Shown piece by piece: positions 1-11,879 of a stretch of DNA of 32,000 nucleotides (positions are counted from its first letter, which is position 1; every line of letters begins with the position of its first letter). The DNA comes from Mycoplasmoides genitalium G37 (GTDB lineage Bacteria; Bacillota_I; Bacilli_A; Mycoplasmatales; Mycoplasmoidaceae). The position numbers and the translations under genes are program-made. The stretch lies in assembly GCF_000027325.1 (NCBI RefSeq), contig NC_000908.2, positions 510,001 to 542,000 on the forward strand, given 5' to 3'. The notes below the pieces were generated by a model. The model was given only the letters and a program-made list of their open reading frames with translations, had not been told where the DNA came from and ran no database searches.

Positions 1-836
1 TTAGCTTTTATTCCTTTCTTGAAAACATAAAGTTTTTTATCTTCGTCATAAAACTCACTAGCAGCAACATCAATGGCAATAGCAATATCATCTCAAGGCT
101 TATATCCAGCTAATTTAATGGCTTCAACCATGATGTCAAGTGCATCTTCTGCAAGTTTTAAGTTAGGCGCAAATCCACCTTCATCTCCTTTATTTGTGTT
201 TAATCCACGCTTTTTTAAAAGATTTTGTAAAGCATGAAAAGTTTCACTAGCCATTTTTAAAGCTTCATGCATCTTTTTAGCACCTAAAGGCATGATCATG
301 AACTCTTGAAAATCAATATAGTTATCAGCATGAGCACCACCATTAATTACATTTAACATTGGCACAGGTAAAACAAAATTTGTTGTATTTAATCCAATTA
401 ATTTATTTGAAATGTATTGAAATAATGAGCTGTTTTGTGCTTTTGCTGCTGCTTTTGATACTGCAAGTGAAACAGATAATATAGCATTTGCTCCTAATTT
501 TGCTTTGTTGGGAGTATTGTCTAGTTTAATCATTGCTTGATCCACTGTTAATTGATCAAATGCATTTAAGCCAATAAGCTTAGGGGCAATAACTTTATTA
601 ACGTTATCAACGGCTTCGTTAACGCCTTTACCAAAATAATTTTTTGGATCATTATCACGTAATTCAATTGCTTCTTTCTCACCTGTAGAAGCACCTGATG
701 GAACCATCGCTTCACCTACATGACCAGATGCCAATTTAACAACACAAGCTACTGTTGGAACACCCCGAGAATCAAAAACTTGATAAGCAAAAATATCGGT
801 TATTTTTGAATTGATGTTTAGATTTGAACTTCCCAT
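1..836 (-). CDS. eno: Enolase (phosphopyruvate hydratase), 3' end runs off the window start
   Basis: N-terminus '[41 protein letters not shown]' and '[12 protein letters not shown]', '[23 protein letters not shown]' are classic enolase. The track ORF stops at 93 only because of an in-frame TGA (Trp here); no in-frame TAA/TAG is seen before position 1. Confidence 0.97.
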
Positions 837-902
837 ATTAAATAGAAAAATATTGTTAATAAAATTATTATATGTTTTAAGATTTCTATTAATTCAAGTA
901 AT

Positions 903-1376
903 ATGAAAGAAATTTATTTTGGTGGTGGTTGTTTTTGAGGAATAGAAAAATATTTTCAACTTATTAAGGGTGTTAAAAAAACATCTGTTGGTTATCTCAA
1001 CTCTAGGATTAGAAATCCTAGTTATGAGCAGGTTTGTTCTGGTTATACTAATGCTGTTGAAGCTGTAAAAGTTGAATACGAAGAAAAAGAAATTTCTCTT
1101 TCAGAATTAATTGAAGCACTTTTTGAAGTTATTGATCCAACTATAAGAAATAGACAAGGTAATGATATTGGAACACAATATCGTACTGGTATTTATTGAA
1201 CTGATAGCAGTGATGAAAAAATAATTAATGATAAGTTCTTAAAACTTCAAAAAAACTACAGTAAACCAATTGTTACAGAAAATAAAAAAGTAGAAAATTA
1301 TTATCTTGCTGAAGAATACCATCAGGATTATTTAAAAAAGAATCCAAACGGTTATTGCCACATCAAATTTGACTAA
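903..1376 (+). CDS. msrA: Peptide methionine sulfoxide reductase MsrA
   Basis: ATG AAA GAA ATT TAT TTT GGT GGT GGT TGT TTT TGA GGA gives [13 protein letters not shown], the MsrA catalytic motif GCFWG (Trp encoded by TGA); frame open to TAA at 1374-1376 (157 aa). Confidence 0.95.
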
Positions 1377-2050
1377 TTAAATATTTCAGGATTTTTAATA
1401 AATAAAAAGGATTTAATGATGTTATAGCAATAATCATTAATCCGTTCAATATGTTTAACAGAAGCTACAAGATCAATTAAGAAAATCCTTTCAGTAACCT
1501 CATTTTTATTAATGGTTTCATAGTATTTTGTTAATACAAGGCGATATTGGTGCTCAAATTCAATAATAGTTTTGGTTGCATTTTCAAATTGTAATGTAAG
1601 TGGCTTTTCTTTATCTTGTAAACTTTCAAAGGTTTTCTTAAGGTTATTGAGCGCACTTTGATGCAAAGTAACTAGATTATTAAAAATCTTTATATCAAGA
1701 TGCAAATAATGTTCTATAAACTTAGTTAAATTATTAGCATAATCACAAATGCGTTCCAAGTCACGACTTGACATAATTATTGTGATTGTTAGGCGTAAAT
1801 GGCTAGCTAATGGAGAATTTTTAGAGATTGTCCAAATTGATTCATTAATTAATTTAAATTCAGACCTATTAGATTGGTCCTCCATTTCATAAATAGTTTT
1901 AATCAGTTCTTTGCGTTTTTCTAAATTATCTTCACAAAGTAATTGATTTAATGTTTCATGTGCATTGATTACGTGCTTAAAATACTCAAAAAAAAGCTTT
2001 AATAATTTCTTTTCTGAACGCTTTAAAATTTGGTAATTAATGTTTTCCAT
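1373..2050 (-). CDS. phoU: PhoU-like phosphate transport regulator (225 aa)
   Basis: Complete ORF directly downstream of pstB with PhoU-like helical composition ('[35 protein letters not shown]'). Confidence 0.8.
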   Translation of the reverse strand: MENINYQILKRSEKKLLKLFFEYFKHVINAHETLNQLLCEDNLEKRKELIKTIYEMEDQSNRSEFKLINESIWTISKNSPLASHLRLTITIIMSSRDLERICDYANNLTKFIEHYLHLDIKIFNNLVTLHQSALNNLKKTFESLQDKEKPLTLQFENATKTIIEFEHQYRLVLTKYYETINKNEVTERIFLIDLVASVKHIERINDYCYNIIKSFLFIKNPEIFN

Positions 2051-2052
2051 AG

Positions 2053-3042
2053 CTAATTTTTCCCACTTATATAACTATTTGTTGCTTTTTGCTTAGGCTT
2101 TGTAAATATCTGTTTTGTAGTGCCTTGTTCAATTACTCTTCCATCAGCAAAAAAAATCGTTTCATCAGTTATTCTAATTGTTTGAGCCATAGAGTGAGTA
2201 ACAATAACAATTGTGAATTTTTCTTTTAGTTGTTGAATTAGAAGTTCAATAGAGTTTGTGGCAATTGAGTCTAAAGCACTGGTAGGTTCATCCATCAAAA
2301 GAACATCTGGTTGTAAAGCAATAGCACGCGCAATACACAAGCGTTGTTGTTGTCCACCAGAAAGGGTGTTTGCATTCCTATGTAAATTATCTTTCACTTC
2401 ATCTCACAATGCTGCTGATATCAATGCCTGTCTTACTATTTCATTGATAGCATTTTTATTGTGAATACCATGTGCTCTTATGCCATAAGCAATGTTTTCA
2501 AAAATAGAAAAATTAAAAGGAGTTAATTTTTGAAAAACCATGCCAACACTAGTGCGCAATGTTAAATCATTAATAATTCCTGAATTGATATTCTTACCAA
2601 GAAAATATATGTCACCTGTTCAACGTGTGTTTTCATTTAAATCATTTAATTTATTTAAGCACCTAATAAAGGTGGATTTACCGCATCCTGATTTACCTAT
2701 TAAAGCAGTTATTTTATTGCGTTTAATGTCAAGATTGATATCAAATAATACTTGTTTGTTTTTGTTATATCAGAAGTTGAAATTTCGAATTTCAAATACA
2801 TTTTTTTCATCAAAATCCTTTTTAATGACATTATCTTTGGTGTTTTTAATCTTTATTAGACGGTTTAAAATTTCAATTTCATTCTTAATACGGGAGATTT
2901 CATTTGCATCTGTTTCATTATTTAAACCAGTAATTTTCTTTTTATATTCTTTGATTTGTTGTTCATAAAGCTTTCGGTAATGCTTAATTTTTTCAAGCTT
3001 CAATTGAAAATTTTTTCAAAGTGCTTTTATGTTCTTTTCCAT
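2053..3042 (-). CDS. pstB: Phosphate ABC transporter ATP-binding protein PstB with N-terminal extension (329 aa)
   Basis: Walker A '[11 protein letters not shown]', signature '[34 protein letters not shown]'; joined across TGA codons from ATG at 3042-3040 to stop at 2053. Confidence 0.93.
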
Positions 3043-4991
3043 AATTTAAAGGACTGAAATTTACTTTTAATTACTAGCCATTTTTGTTTATTTAACAAAA
3101 ATAAACTCGGGATTAAATAAGAACTGAAAAAGATTAAAAGAATTAAGAAAACAACAGAGACCAATGATGTTTCTAACATAACACTTATTGCATTGCTATT
3201 AATAGAAAATAACTGTCCATATATCCTTGTTGTTAGTGTTTGACCTGGCAATGACAAATGAAATAAATTACTAGATGATAACCCTGAAGTGATAAAGAAG
3301 GGTGCAGTTTCAGCAATAATTCTGTTGATTGACAAAATTAATGCAACTATTAATCCTTTCAAAGCACTAGGTAAAACTATTTTGAAAATAACTTCACGTT
3401 TACTTATACCTAAAGCAAAAGCACTAATTCTTAAATCCCAACTGACATTATTTAGTGCTTGTTGACAAGTTCTTATAAGGAAGAGTAATATAACAACACT
3501 AATAGTTAGAATGCCTGCTATTAAACTAGTACCATTAGCTCCTCCAGCACTTAACTGCAAGACTCTTAAAAAGAAAGAAAGTCCAAATAATCCATAAATA
3601 ATAGATGGCATTGAACTTAGTGAATCAATTACAAAGTTAAAAACATTTTTAACCACTTTTGAATTATTGTACTCGTTAAGTCAAATTGCAATTAAAAGTG
3701 CTAGTGGAAAAGTAATGGTGATAGTAATCAAAATAATTACTAGAGTATTTACTAGTGCTCTGCCAGTTGAATCAGCTTCAAATGAAAAAACAGTAGAACC
3801 ATTATTATTAATAGCAACACTTCCATTAATAAATACAAACAGCAAAATTGCTAACACAAATCCAAAAGCTAAAAAAGTACAAATTAATTCCTGGAATATT
3901 TTTAAAAAATAATTAAGTTTTATTCAAACAACACTTTGAAGCCTTTCTTTAAAAAAAAGTGAACGTTCATTGATGTTGTTTACTTTTATTTTTTTAACAC
4001 TTTGTCTTGTTGATGTTAAATCAACAAAAAGTGCACTAATATTATTGGGAATGAATCACACAACTTGATAAATAAAATTACTAATCTTTTTTAAAAAGGG
4101 ATAGCGTTCCAGTGTTTTTGGATTAGCTGATCAAATGGCAAAGAAATTTAACAATGAAACTAATATCAAAATTATGATTCCAAAGATATATAAAACACCA
4201 TTAATCTGTTCATCTCCATTTTCTGAAAAAATAAAAGTGGAAATAACTGATCCCAGTGTTTTTAAATCAGAAGTAAAAAAACGATTGTTGTTAATTACCT
4301 CTTGATAGTTAACACTCTGCAAAACAAAGTTAACAGCCATTGTTTCACTAATTGCTCTCGCAAAGGCTAAGGTCAAAATAACTGTTAATTGTGGTTTAAT
4401 TTCTTTTTTAATAATTTTGTAGATCGCACTTGTTTTATTTTCCCCTAAGGAAACAACAACACTAATTAGATCGTTATTTACATAAGTTAATGTATTTGTT
4501 GTTAATGAAATAACAATAGGAATGATCATAAAAGAAAGCATAGCTATCACATTTAAAAGTGAAAGCGGCGGTAATTTCAAGATATCCCGAAAGAAAATGC
4601 TTAATATTTGTGATGCAAATAATCCAAAAATTACAGATGGTATTCCTGAAAGGATATCAATAATAAGTGAAAGTTTTTTTCTTATTTTTGGTTTGCATCG
4701 ATAAACAAGGAAAAATGAAGTTCTAACCCCTATATAACTAGCAATAATTAAAGCTCCTATTGATACAATAAAACTTACCAATAAGGGGAATCAAATTCCT
4801 GCCTGTTTATTACCTAAATTAAATTCAAGATTAAACAAGGACTTTGCAAAATCAGGTCCAATTTTTGTTGCTTCTGTTAAAAGAAAAACAAAAAAACTTA
4901 TAAATAAAACTAAAAACAAGAATGCTAAAGTCTTTGAAAAGATTCTTAAAAGATTCTCTTTTTTTAAACGTTTTTTAATCTTCTTTTGCAC
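3027..4991 (-). CDS. pstA: Phosphate ABC transporter permease, fused PstC-like and PstA-like domains (654 aa)
   Basis: Track fragments 3027..3656, 4131..4781 and 4791..4991 are all in one frame, separated only by TGA. Two copies of the permease loop motif: 'SLIIDILSGIPSVIFGLFASQ' and 'NFVIDSLSSMPSIIYGLFGLS'. Confidence 0.9.
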
Positions 4992-6124
4992 TAAAAAGCT
5001 CCAAAGATAGGATTACTAAAAGCAAAGTCATCAACTCAAAAATTTTCTAAATTCATTGGTGATGAGTCATTTGTTTTAAACATCTTCTTTTTCTCATCTT
5101 CAGTTAATTGCAAAATACCAAATTCATCATAAATATTTTTAATTACATCTTTTTTTCCATTAAAAAATAATCAATTAAAAAAAGTTTTAATTTCATCAAT
5201 ATTCTTATTCTCTTCAGAAAGTGAAACTATTGAATTTAAAGGACGTACTCATTTATACTCATTTTGGGAAACAGTTTGATTAGAAGGCAAAACTTCCTTA
5301 TTCTCATATTTAATTGGTAGTATCTCAAAACCATTATTTTTAATAGCTTGAAGGTTGTTTTGAATAAATCCTAAACTAAGGTAAATCATCCCGAAAAGAT
5401 TAGGATCTTGTAAGTTAGTTACAAAAGTATTAAAAGCTTCAATATTTGTTTCACTAGTAGGTTTAGCAAGAGGTCCATAATTAATAATTCCTTTCAAAAT
5501 ATCTCTAGTTTGAGAATCTAAAGTTTTATCTGATTTTAAGGCGGAAAAATTTAAAAAAGCTTCTGCTGTTCCTGAAGCAAATGACCCACCAGTTCTTGGA
5601 AAACTTGTTAAAGGGTAATCTTTTTCATTTGACATATTTTTTGTATCCTTTTTTACAAACTTATCAATGTTAATTGTTTTAACACCAGCAAATAAGTCGT
5701 AGAGATCATTTATATTATCTTTTGTTAAAAGTAACTTACCTTTTAACTCCTGTGGTGCCTTATAAATTACTGCAATAGCATCTTTGCCAATAGTTAAAGT
5801 TTTCAGCTTTTTATCTCTTCATTTTTTTTCATTCTCTTTTGCATATTCCTTAGGGTTTTTAGAGACATTTCCGATATCAGCAAAGCCGTTAATGATTGCT
5901 CTGATTCCAGCATTTGATCCGCCTGCTTGCACACTAATTTCAACAAGCTTATCATTGTCATTATTTTCATTTAGAACATAATAAGAACTTAATTTATTTA
6001 GTAAAGGTTGAACTGAAGAAGAACCAACAGCACTAATCAGGTTTATGTTAGCACAACCACTAAGAAAAAAAGCAGATGCTAATGTTAGTAGCGTCAATTT
6101 AAAGAAATTTCTAAACTTTAGCAC
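4991..6124 (-). CDS. Phosphate-binding lipoprotein, PstS-like (377 aa), GTG start
   Basis: Signal peptide with lipobox '[12 protein letters not shown]', then '[41 protein letters not shown]' typical of PstS-type binding proteins; TAG stop at 4991-4993; in a pst operon. Confidence 0.85.
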
Positions 6125-6244
6125 TTTTTAAACAGATTAAATCTTTTCTAAAGAGAATTCGAATTGACACTCAGGTTATTATTTAGTCTAGTTTTTTCAC
6201 AAGCCAATTAATTTAAATGAAATGCATTTTTATTAATTGCAAAT

Positions 6245-9200
6245 TTAATTTCTTTTCTTAACAATTTTCTTTTTTCTTCATTTTAAAAACAAAACAGCAG
6301 AACTTATCATTAAGCTAATGATAATTCCAAAAATGACTCATAATATTAACTCAACATTTGTATCTTGTTTTTTAATTTCATTTTTTTCTAACTTATCAAC
6401 TTCATAGGATTTATCTTGAGATTTAAGATTAAAATCTGGAACTCTCTTGAATTGCAGGTTATTTTGTTTTAGATAAAATGATAATGCTTTGAAAAGTTGT
6501 GTTTGATTTTCACTAGTAATATCAAATCAAATAGAATTATCAAAACCATTGGCATCTACAATTAAAAGTGTTTGATTATTTGTTATTTTTAAATCATAGC
6601 TAATACTAAATACTTGGTTATCATTATTAACACCTTTAATAAATAATTTTTTTGATCTAACATCGACATCAAAAACTAAATTAAATTGATTTTTATTTTC
6701 TACTAAATGGATGTTAATAAATTTATTCTTTAGGTTAAAGCGGACGTTTTTAGTTGTTTGCAATCTTTTTTCACTTAGAGTAATATTGAGTTTATCAACT
6801 AGTAATTGTTCGTCATTTAAACTAAAAGGTTCATGAAAATCAAGTTGATAATCCTCTAGAAATTTAAATGAAGATGACTTTAAATCTAATTCAGCAATTT
6901 TTAAGTTATCAACTGATAAAAATACCTTGTCTTTTTCTAACTTAAATCCCAGGTCATTTTTATCAACAAAAAGTTTGTTAGTATGAAATTTAAATAAATA
7001 TGTTCTTAATTTAGGGTTTTTTTGATTTTGTGATAGAAAATACATTTTGTCTTTAATAATTTCAGAATCACTTTCAGAACCATATTTGAATAGTTCATTG
7101 CTATTATTTATTTCTGCTAAAACATAAAATATACCTTTCTTTTCATTAGTAGGCTCTAGATGTTTGAAATATTTTTTAGGGTTATCCACAAATGTTAAAG
7201 AGTTACTGTTGATATCTAAATCAATATTCTTATCCTTAGATTTAAAACTATTTTTGATAATGAAAGCCATTTGTCTTTTTTCATAATCATTAAACTTTTC
7301 ATTACGTTTTTTAAGTTCAGCAACATTAAAGTTTTGAACATTTTTATTTAGTGGAATACGAAAATCTTTAGCAATTCAACGCTGTTCATTAAAATCTTTT
7401 CTATATTTAAATTTGTATTCAAAACCATCCTTAGTTCTTTTGATAGTTGAAAGTTTTTTAATACTGTCAAACAGTGGTTCAACACTATAGTTACTAATAT
7501 TTTCTGATTCATATCCATCTACAAAAAAATTAAGTGCTAAAAATTCAATATTCATTTCATTATCTGCTTTCTGTTTTTCTGTTAAAAACTCCTCAATTGA
7601 ACTTAAATCAAAATAATTCTTGTTATTTCTTAACAATGTTATTTCATTTACAGAATTACCAATTTTTACTTTAACAGTTAATGTTGATCTATCAAAAATG
7701 GTTTTGACCATTCTTGGTAAATTTCTAATAAAGAATAGTTCTTCTTTATTGTTTGGTGACATTTGCAATAGGTTGTATAAATAATCTAAATTTGGATAAA
7801 AATTACTTTGATTATTGGTTGAAATATTAAAGCTTTTTAACGCTTCATTTTTATCAATTGATTCATCAATTCTTTGATTAATTAAACTAACTTCTTTAAT
7901 TGCATTTATGAATTTATCTTTAAATTTAATAGTTGGTTTAATTTTTGTACCTATTGTTTCTTTATTTAGAGTTTTTTCAGTTTGACTAACAAGCGAATTA
8001 ATATCAAATTCCAACTGTGAAATTCAAAGCTTTGAAAGATTACTGAAACTAATTGGTAAAACTTCATCAGGATTATTTTGCCTTAGATAAAAACTTATTT
8101 GATGATGAACAACTTCTTGTTCAGGTAATATAGGTGTATGTTTAAAAATATCCCATTTACTGTTGAATGCTTCACGTCTACTATCTTCAGTTTCTGGTCT
8201 AACTACTAATCCATTACCTAGTCTTAATATCGTTTGAGTTATTTCACGATTATTAGTAAATGCTTCAATGATTTTTCTATCCTTTTTCATTTTCTCTTTA
8301 AACTCATTTATACTCATCCAATGAGCATCAACTTGTTTGTTGCTGTTAATAGAAAAAAATCAACTGCTTCTACCAGGAAAAGGTTCGTTTCACTGAGCGT
8401 TATTCTGTTCAAAAACTGGAGGAACTTTCACTAGTTCTAAATCTCATCAGAAACGATAAGCTCTAATTGGTGTCATTGCTAAACCTCATCAGAAATCTGG
8501 AGCTACAAAAATATTATTTTTTCAGTCAGCAAAAAATCCTCTTGATTCTTGGCCAAGATAATATCACATAGGTGCATTAAAATCAATTACATAATTACCA
8601 TTATTACCTTTTCTTAATCATTTAATATTTCTAATAACATCTTCTGGGGTTGGTTTAATCATTCTTAAAGTCGATCCTCACATGTGAACAAACTTAGCTT
8701 CAATAAAATATGCTTTTTTATGACTGGGCTTTGTAAGGTCTCAAAAATAAGGATTATCAGGTTTATATCAACTTTTGTTTCAAGAACCATCTGGATTTGT
8801 ACCAGTTATTTCTATATTCCTAGAAGGAACTTCGGTTCATTTTTCATTAGTATGACCATCTCTTGGAAAAAAATTAGAAATTGCTTGACTATGAAAATAA
8901 AATCTCTGCTCACTATGGATATCAGATGACCATGAGTTTCTAATTCCAGGGTATCTAAATGTAGATGAAAATGCATGTGCAATATAACTACTCTCAATTT
9001 TTAACTTTATGTTCTTTAGATAATAAATATTGTTGTATCAGTGAAAGTTATTATCTCTAATAATTTGTTTGTAATTATCACTATATTTATTAACTAATTC
9101 ACTTCATTCATTCGAATAAGTTTTTGCAAAATAATTATTTTGATTAGGTCTTTGAATTACTTCATTATCAAAATTAAAGCTTTTTCGAAAATAATCGTTT

Positions 9201-9355
9201 TTTAAATTAAATCCAGCTGTATAGCTTCTGTTTTGAATTGTGTTTGGAGAGAGATAAAGATTAGTATCTACCAAGTTTTTTTCAAGTGAAGCATTAGCTA
9301 AAGCAACGGGAAAAAGAAAAGAAACTAATAAAGGAATAAAAAGATATGAACGCAT
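6245..9355 (-). CDS. Large exported membrane-anchored protein of unknown function, paralogue of 9420..11414 (about 1036 aa)
   Basis: Signal-like N-terminus 'MRSYLFIPLLVSFLFPVALANA'; in-frame segments 9104..9355, 8024..8317, 7376..8014 and 6527..7270 joined across TGA; hydrophobic segment near the C-terminus followed by a Lys/Arg-rich tail; TAA at 6245-6247. The stretch 8318..9103 was not checked codon by codon. Confidence 0.82.
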
Positions 9356-9419
9356 AATTTATCTCATTAAATAAATGTGTATTTAATGAAATATTGACAA
9401 TTTTTATTGCTAGTTCTTG

Positions 9420-11414
9420 TTAAAAATTATCTCTTGTTTTATTTTTTATCATCTTTTGTTTTTTATTTCACTTATGAAAGTAAATAAAAACAGTGATAAA
9501 CAAAACTAAAACACTAAAACCAATAATCAAATATACTATAATATCTGTTTTTTTATCTTCACTATTAGATTGAATAATTTTGTCTATTTGAAAACTATAG
9601 CTGTTTTTCTTTAAGCTAAAATTAGGTTCTTTTTTAAATTGAAATTTTTTTAATGAGAGAAATAACTTAAGCTCATTTTTCAGTTTCTGATTATTTTTCT
9701 TATCAAGATCAAACCAAATATATTTATTTAAGTAGTTATTTGTTGTTCTAATTTGCAATTCATTTTCATTTTTGATAGCAATATCATAAACAAGGCTAGT
9801 TAATCTATTTTTACTTATATTAACTTCAATATTGAGCTGATTTTTAATTGCATCAACATTTAAATAAAAATGAAGCGAACTATTTATCTTTAGAGTAGTT
9901 AATTTGATCTCTTTAGGAAAAAGATCTAAGCTAGATTTCTTTTTATCTATTAAAAGATTCATTTCACTTAAAGCCAAATTTAGTTTTTTAATTAATAGTT
10001 CTTTATTAGCTAAAGAAAAATAATCATTTATATGAACTTCATAACTTTCAAAAAATGAGGTATTATTTTCTTTTGGATTAAATTCATCTATTTCAACATT
10101 ATTAACAATTACCCTTAATTTATCACCGCTTGATTTAAATCAAATATCATTAACATTTAAAACTAACTTTTTGGTTCTCATTTGAAAAAGATAAGTTCTT
10201 ATTGCAGGAAAGTTTTTATTTTGTTCTAAGAAATACATCTTATCTTTAATGATTTCGCTATCATTTTTAGAACCCCATTTAGTTAAATCATTACTGTTAA
10301 TTATTTGTGCTGAAACATAGAATATACCATTTTTAACACTGGGCTTAATTAAAGATTTTTTAATTAATTTCTCAGGATCTTTTATGTATTTTATTGTAGC
10401 GGATGAAATATTTAAATTGTTTTCTTTTTGAGAAGTAAAACTATTTTTAATTGCATATGTAATTTGTTCTCTTTGATAACTATTTAATCCGTTTTTTTCA
10501 ATGTCATTAACACTGAAATTTTTCTGATTTGTAACAATAGGAATTAAAAAATGATCTTTTAAAATATGATGTTCATTGTATTCAGATCTAAACTTTAAAC
10601 TATATTGAAAACCATTTTTAGTTTTCTGAATAGAAGGCAAATTTTTAACTGACTTAAAAAAAGAATCAACTGGTTGATTTTTTAATGTTCATCCTGTTTT
10701 ATTCACAACAATAAAATCAAAAGTTAAAAACTCAATTTCATAAAAATTAATACCAGTTTGATCAGCATTTAAGAAATTTTCAACATCACTTAATAAAAAA
10801 ACGTTACTGCCATTTTCTATAAAAGTAATTACTTTATTTTTGCCACCTATCTTTATATTTATCGTGATGGTAGTATCTTTAAAAATACTTTTAATTAGGT
10901 TGGGTAATATCCGAATAAAATTTAATGTTTTCTCTTGTTTTGGATTAATGTTAATTAAATTACTTAAGAAAAATATTGCATCAATTCTTTCATCTTTTGG
11001 TTCAAAATCAAATTTAGATTCTTCCTGTTTTTCTAATAAATCTAAAGCAAATTGAAAAAAAGTTTTATCTTTATTTGCTAATTGATCAAACTCTTGATTT
11101 AGCTTACTTACCATTTCAATTGCATTAGAAAATTGATCACTAAATTTCAGCTTTGGTGTTATTTTTGATCCTATTAGTTCTTTGTTTAAAACAGTAGTTG
11201 GATTAGCTATTAAAGAATTTGAATCAAATTCAATTTGGTTAACAATGATCTTAGCAAGTTGATTTGTTGCTATAGTTAATTGATTTTGTGATTGAAAATC
11301 ATCTTTAACTAGATAAAGATTAGTATCAATCAACTTACTTTTTATGGAAGTGTTAGCAAATAATAAGGGAATTATCGCAAAGGAAACTCACTTTAAATAG
11401 CGTTTTCATGACAT
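9420..11414 (-). CDS. Exported membrane-anchored protein of unknown function, paralogue of 6245..9355 (664 aa)
   Basis: Reading upstream of the track ORF gives MSWKRYLKWVSFAIIPLLFANTS (ATG at 11414-11412); C-terminal TM 'IIVYLIIGFSVLVLFITVFIYFHK'; frame read through TGA to TAA at 9420-9422. Confidence 0.85.
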
Positions 11415-11469
11415 AATAAGCTTTATATTCCATAAATTAAATAAAACTTATTAAGTGACAGTTTTTTTA

Positions 11470-11868
11470 CTAACGCTTAGTAAATTGTGGTGCACGTCTA
11501 GCACCATATAAACCAAATTTTTTGCGTTCCTTAGCACGCTTATCACGTGTTGTTAATTTTTTGGTTTTTAATAACTTTTTAAGATCTGGATTAAATTTTA
11601 TTAAAGCACGAACAATACCTAATCTAATGGCTCCTGCCTGCCCAGTAAATCCTCCACCTTTAACAACAACATTGATATCAAAGTTATCCTTAAGTTTGGT
11701 TAACTCTAAGGGTTGTTCCATATCTTGAATCACCAATTTATTTGGAAAATAATCGCTAGGATTACGATGATTAATGGTTATTTTACCCTTATCTTTGCTT
11801 TGATATAAATAAACTTTAGCAGTAGAAGATTTACGACGACCAAGTCCATAAAAAGATTTTTTATCCAT
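11470..11868 (-). CDS. rpsI: 30S ribosomal protein S9
   Basis: '[16 protein letters not shown]...[19 protein letters not shown]...[26 protein letters not shown]'; start chosen at MDKKSFYG (132 aa); the track's upstream Met at 11883 is an alternative. Confidence 0.96.
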   Translation of the reverse strand: MDKKSFYGLGRRKSSTAKVYLYQSKDKGKITINHRNPSDYFPNKLVIQDMEQPLELTKLKDNFDINVVVKGGGFTGQAGAIRLGIVRALIKFNPDLKKLLKTKKLTTRDKRAKERKKFGLYGARRAPQFTKR

Positions 11869-11879
11869 ATCTTTTAACT

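Noticed and set aside
2258-2464. 68 aa plus-strand ORF
   Set aside because: Antisense to the conserved PstB signature region; shadow ORF.
2540-2968. 142 aa plus-strand ORF
   Set aside because: Lies wholly antisense to pstB; low-complexity hydrophobic/Ser-Lys composition, no recognisable motif. Treated as a shadow ORF.
3667-3912. 81 aa plus-strand ORF
   Set aside because: Antisense to the fused permease gene, no motif.
4522-4704. 60 aa plus-strand ORF
   Set aside because: Antisense to the permease gene, no supporting feature.
5784-5981. 65 aa plus-strand ORF
   Set aside because: Antisense to the PstS-like lipoprotein gene.
6125-6244. 120 bp spacer between the lipoprotein gene and the 1036 aa gene, searched for a small gene or gene remnant
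   Set aside because: AT-rich with only short imperfect repeats; no start-to-stop frame or RNA structure that I can support.
8812-8997. 61 aa minus-strand ORF rich in His ('MRVVILHMHFHLHLDTLELETHGHL')
   Set aside because: The His-rich string is eye-catching as a possible metal binder, but it is out of frame inside the 1036 aa gene and is more simply explained as an alternate-frame reading of that coding sequence.
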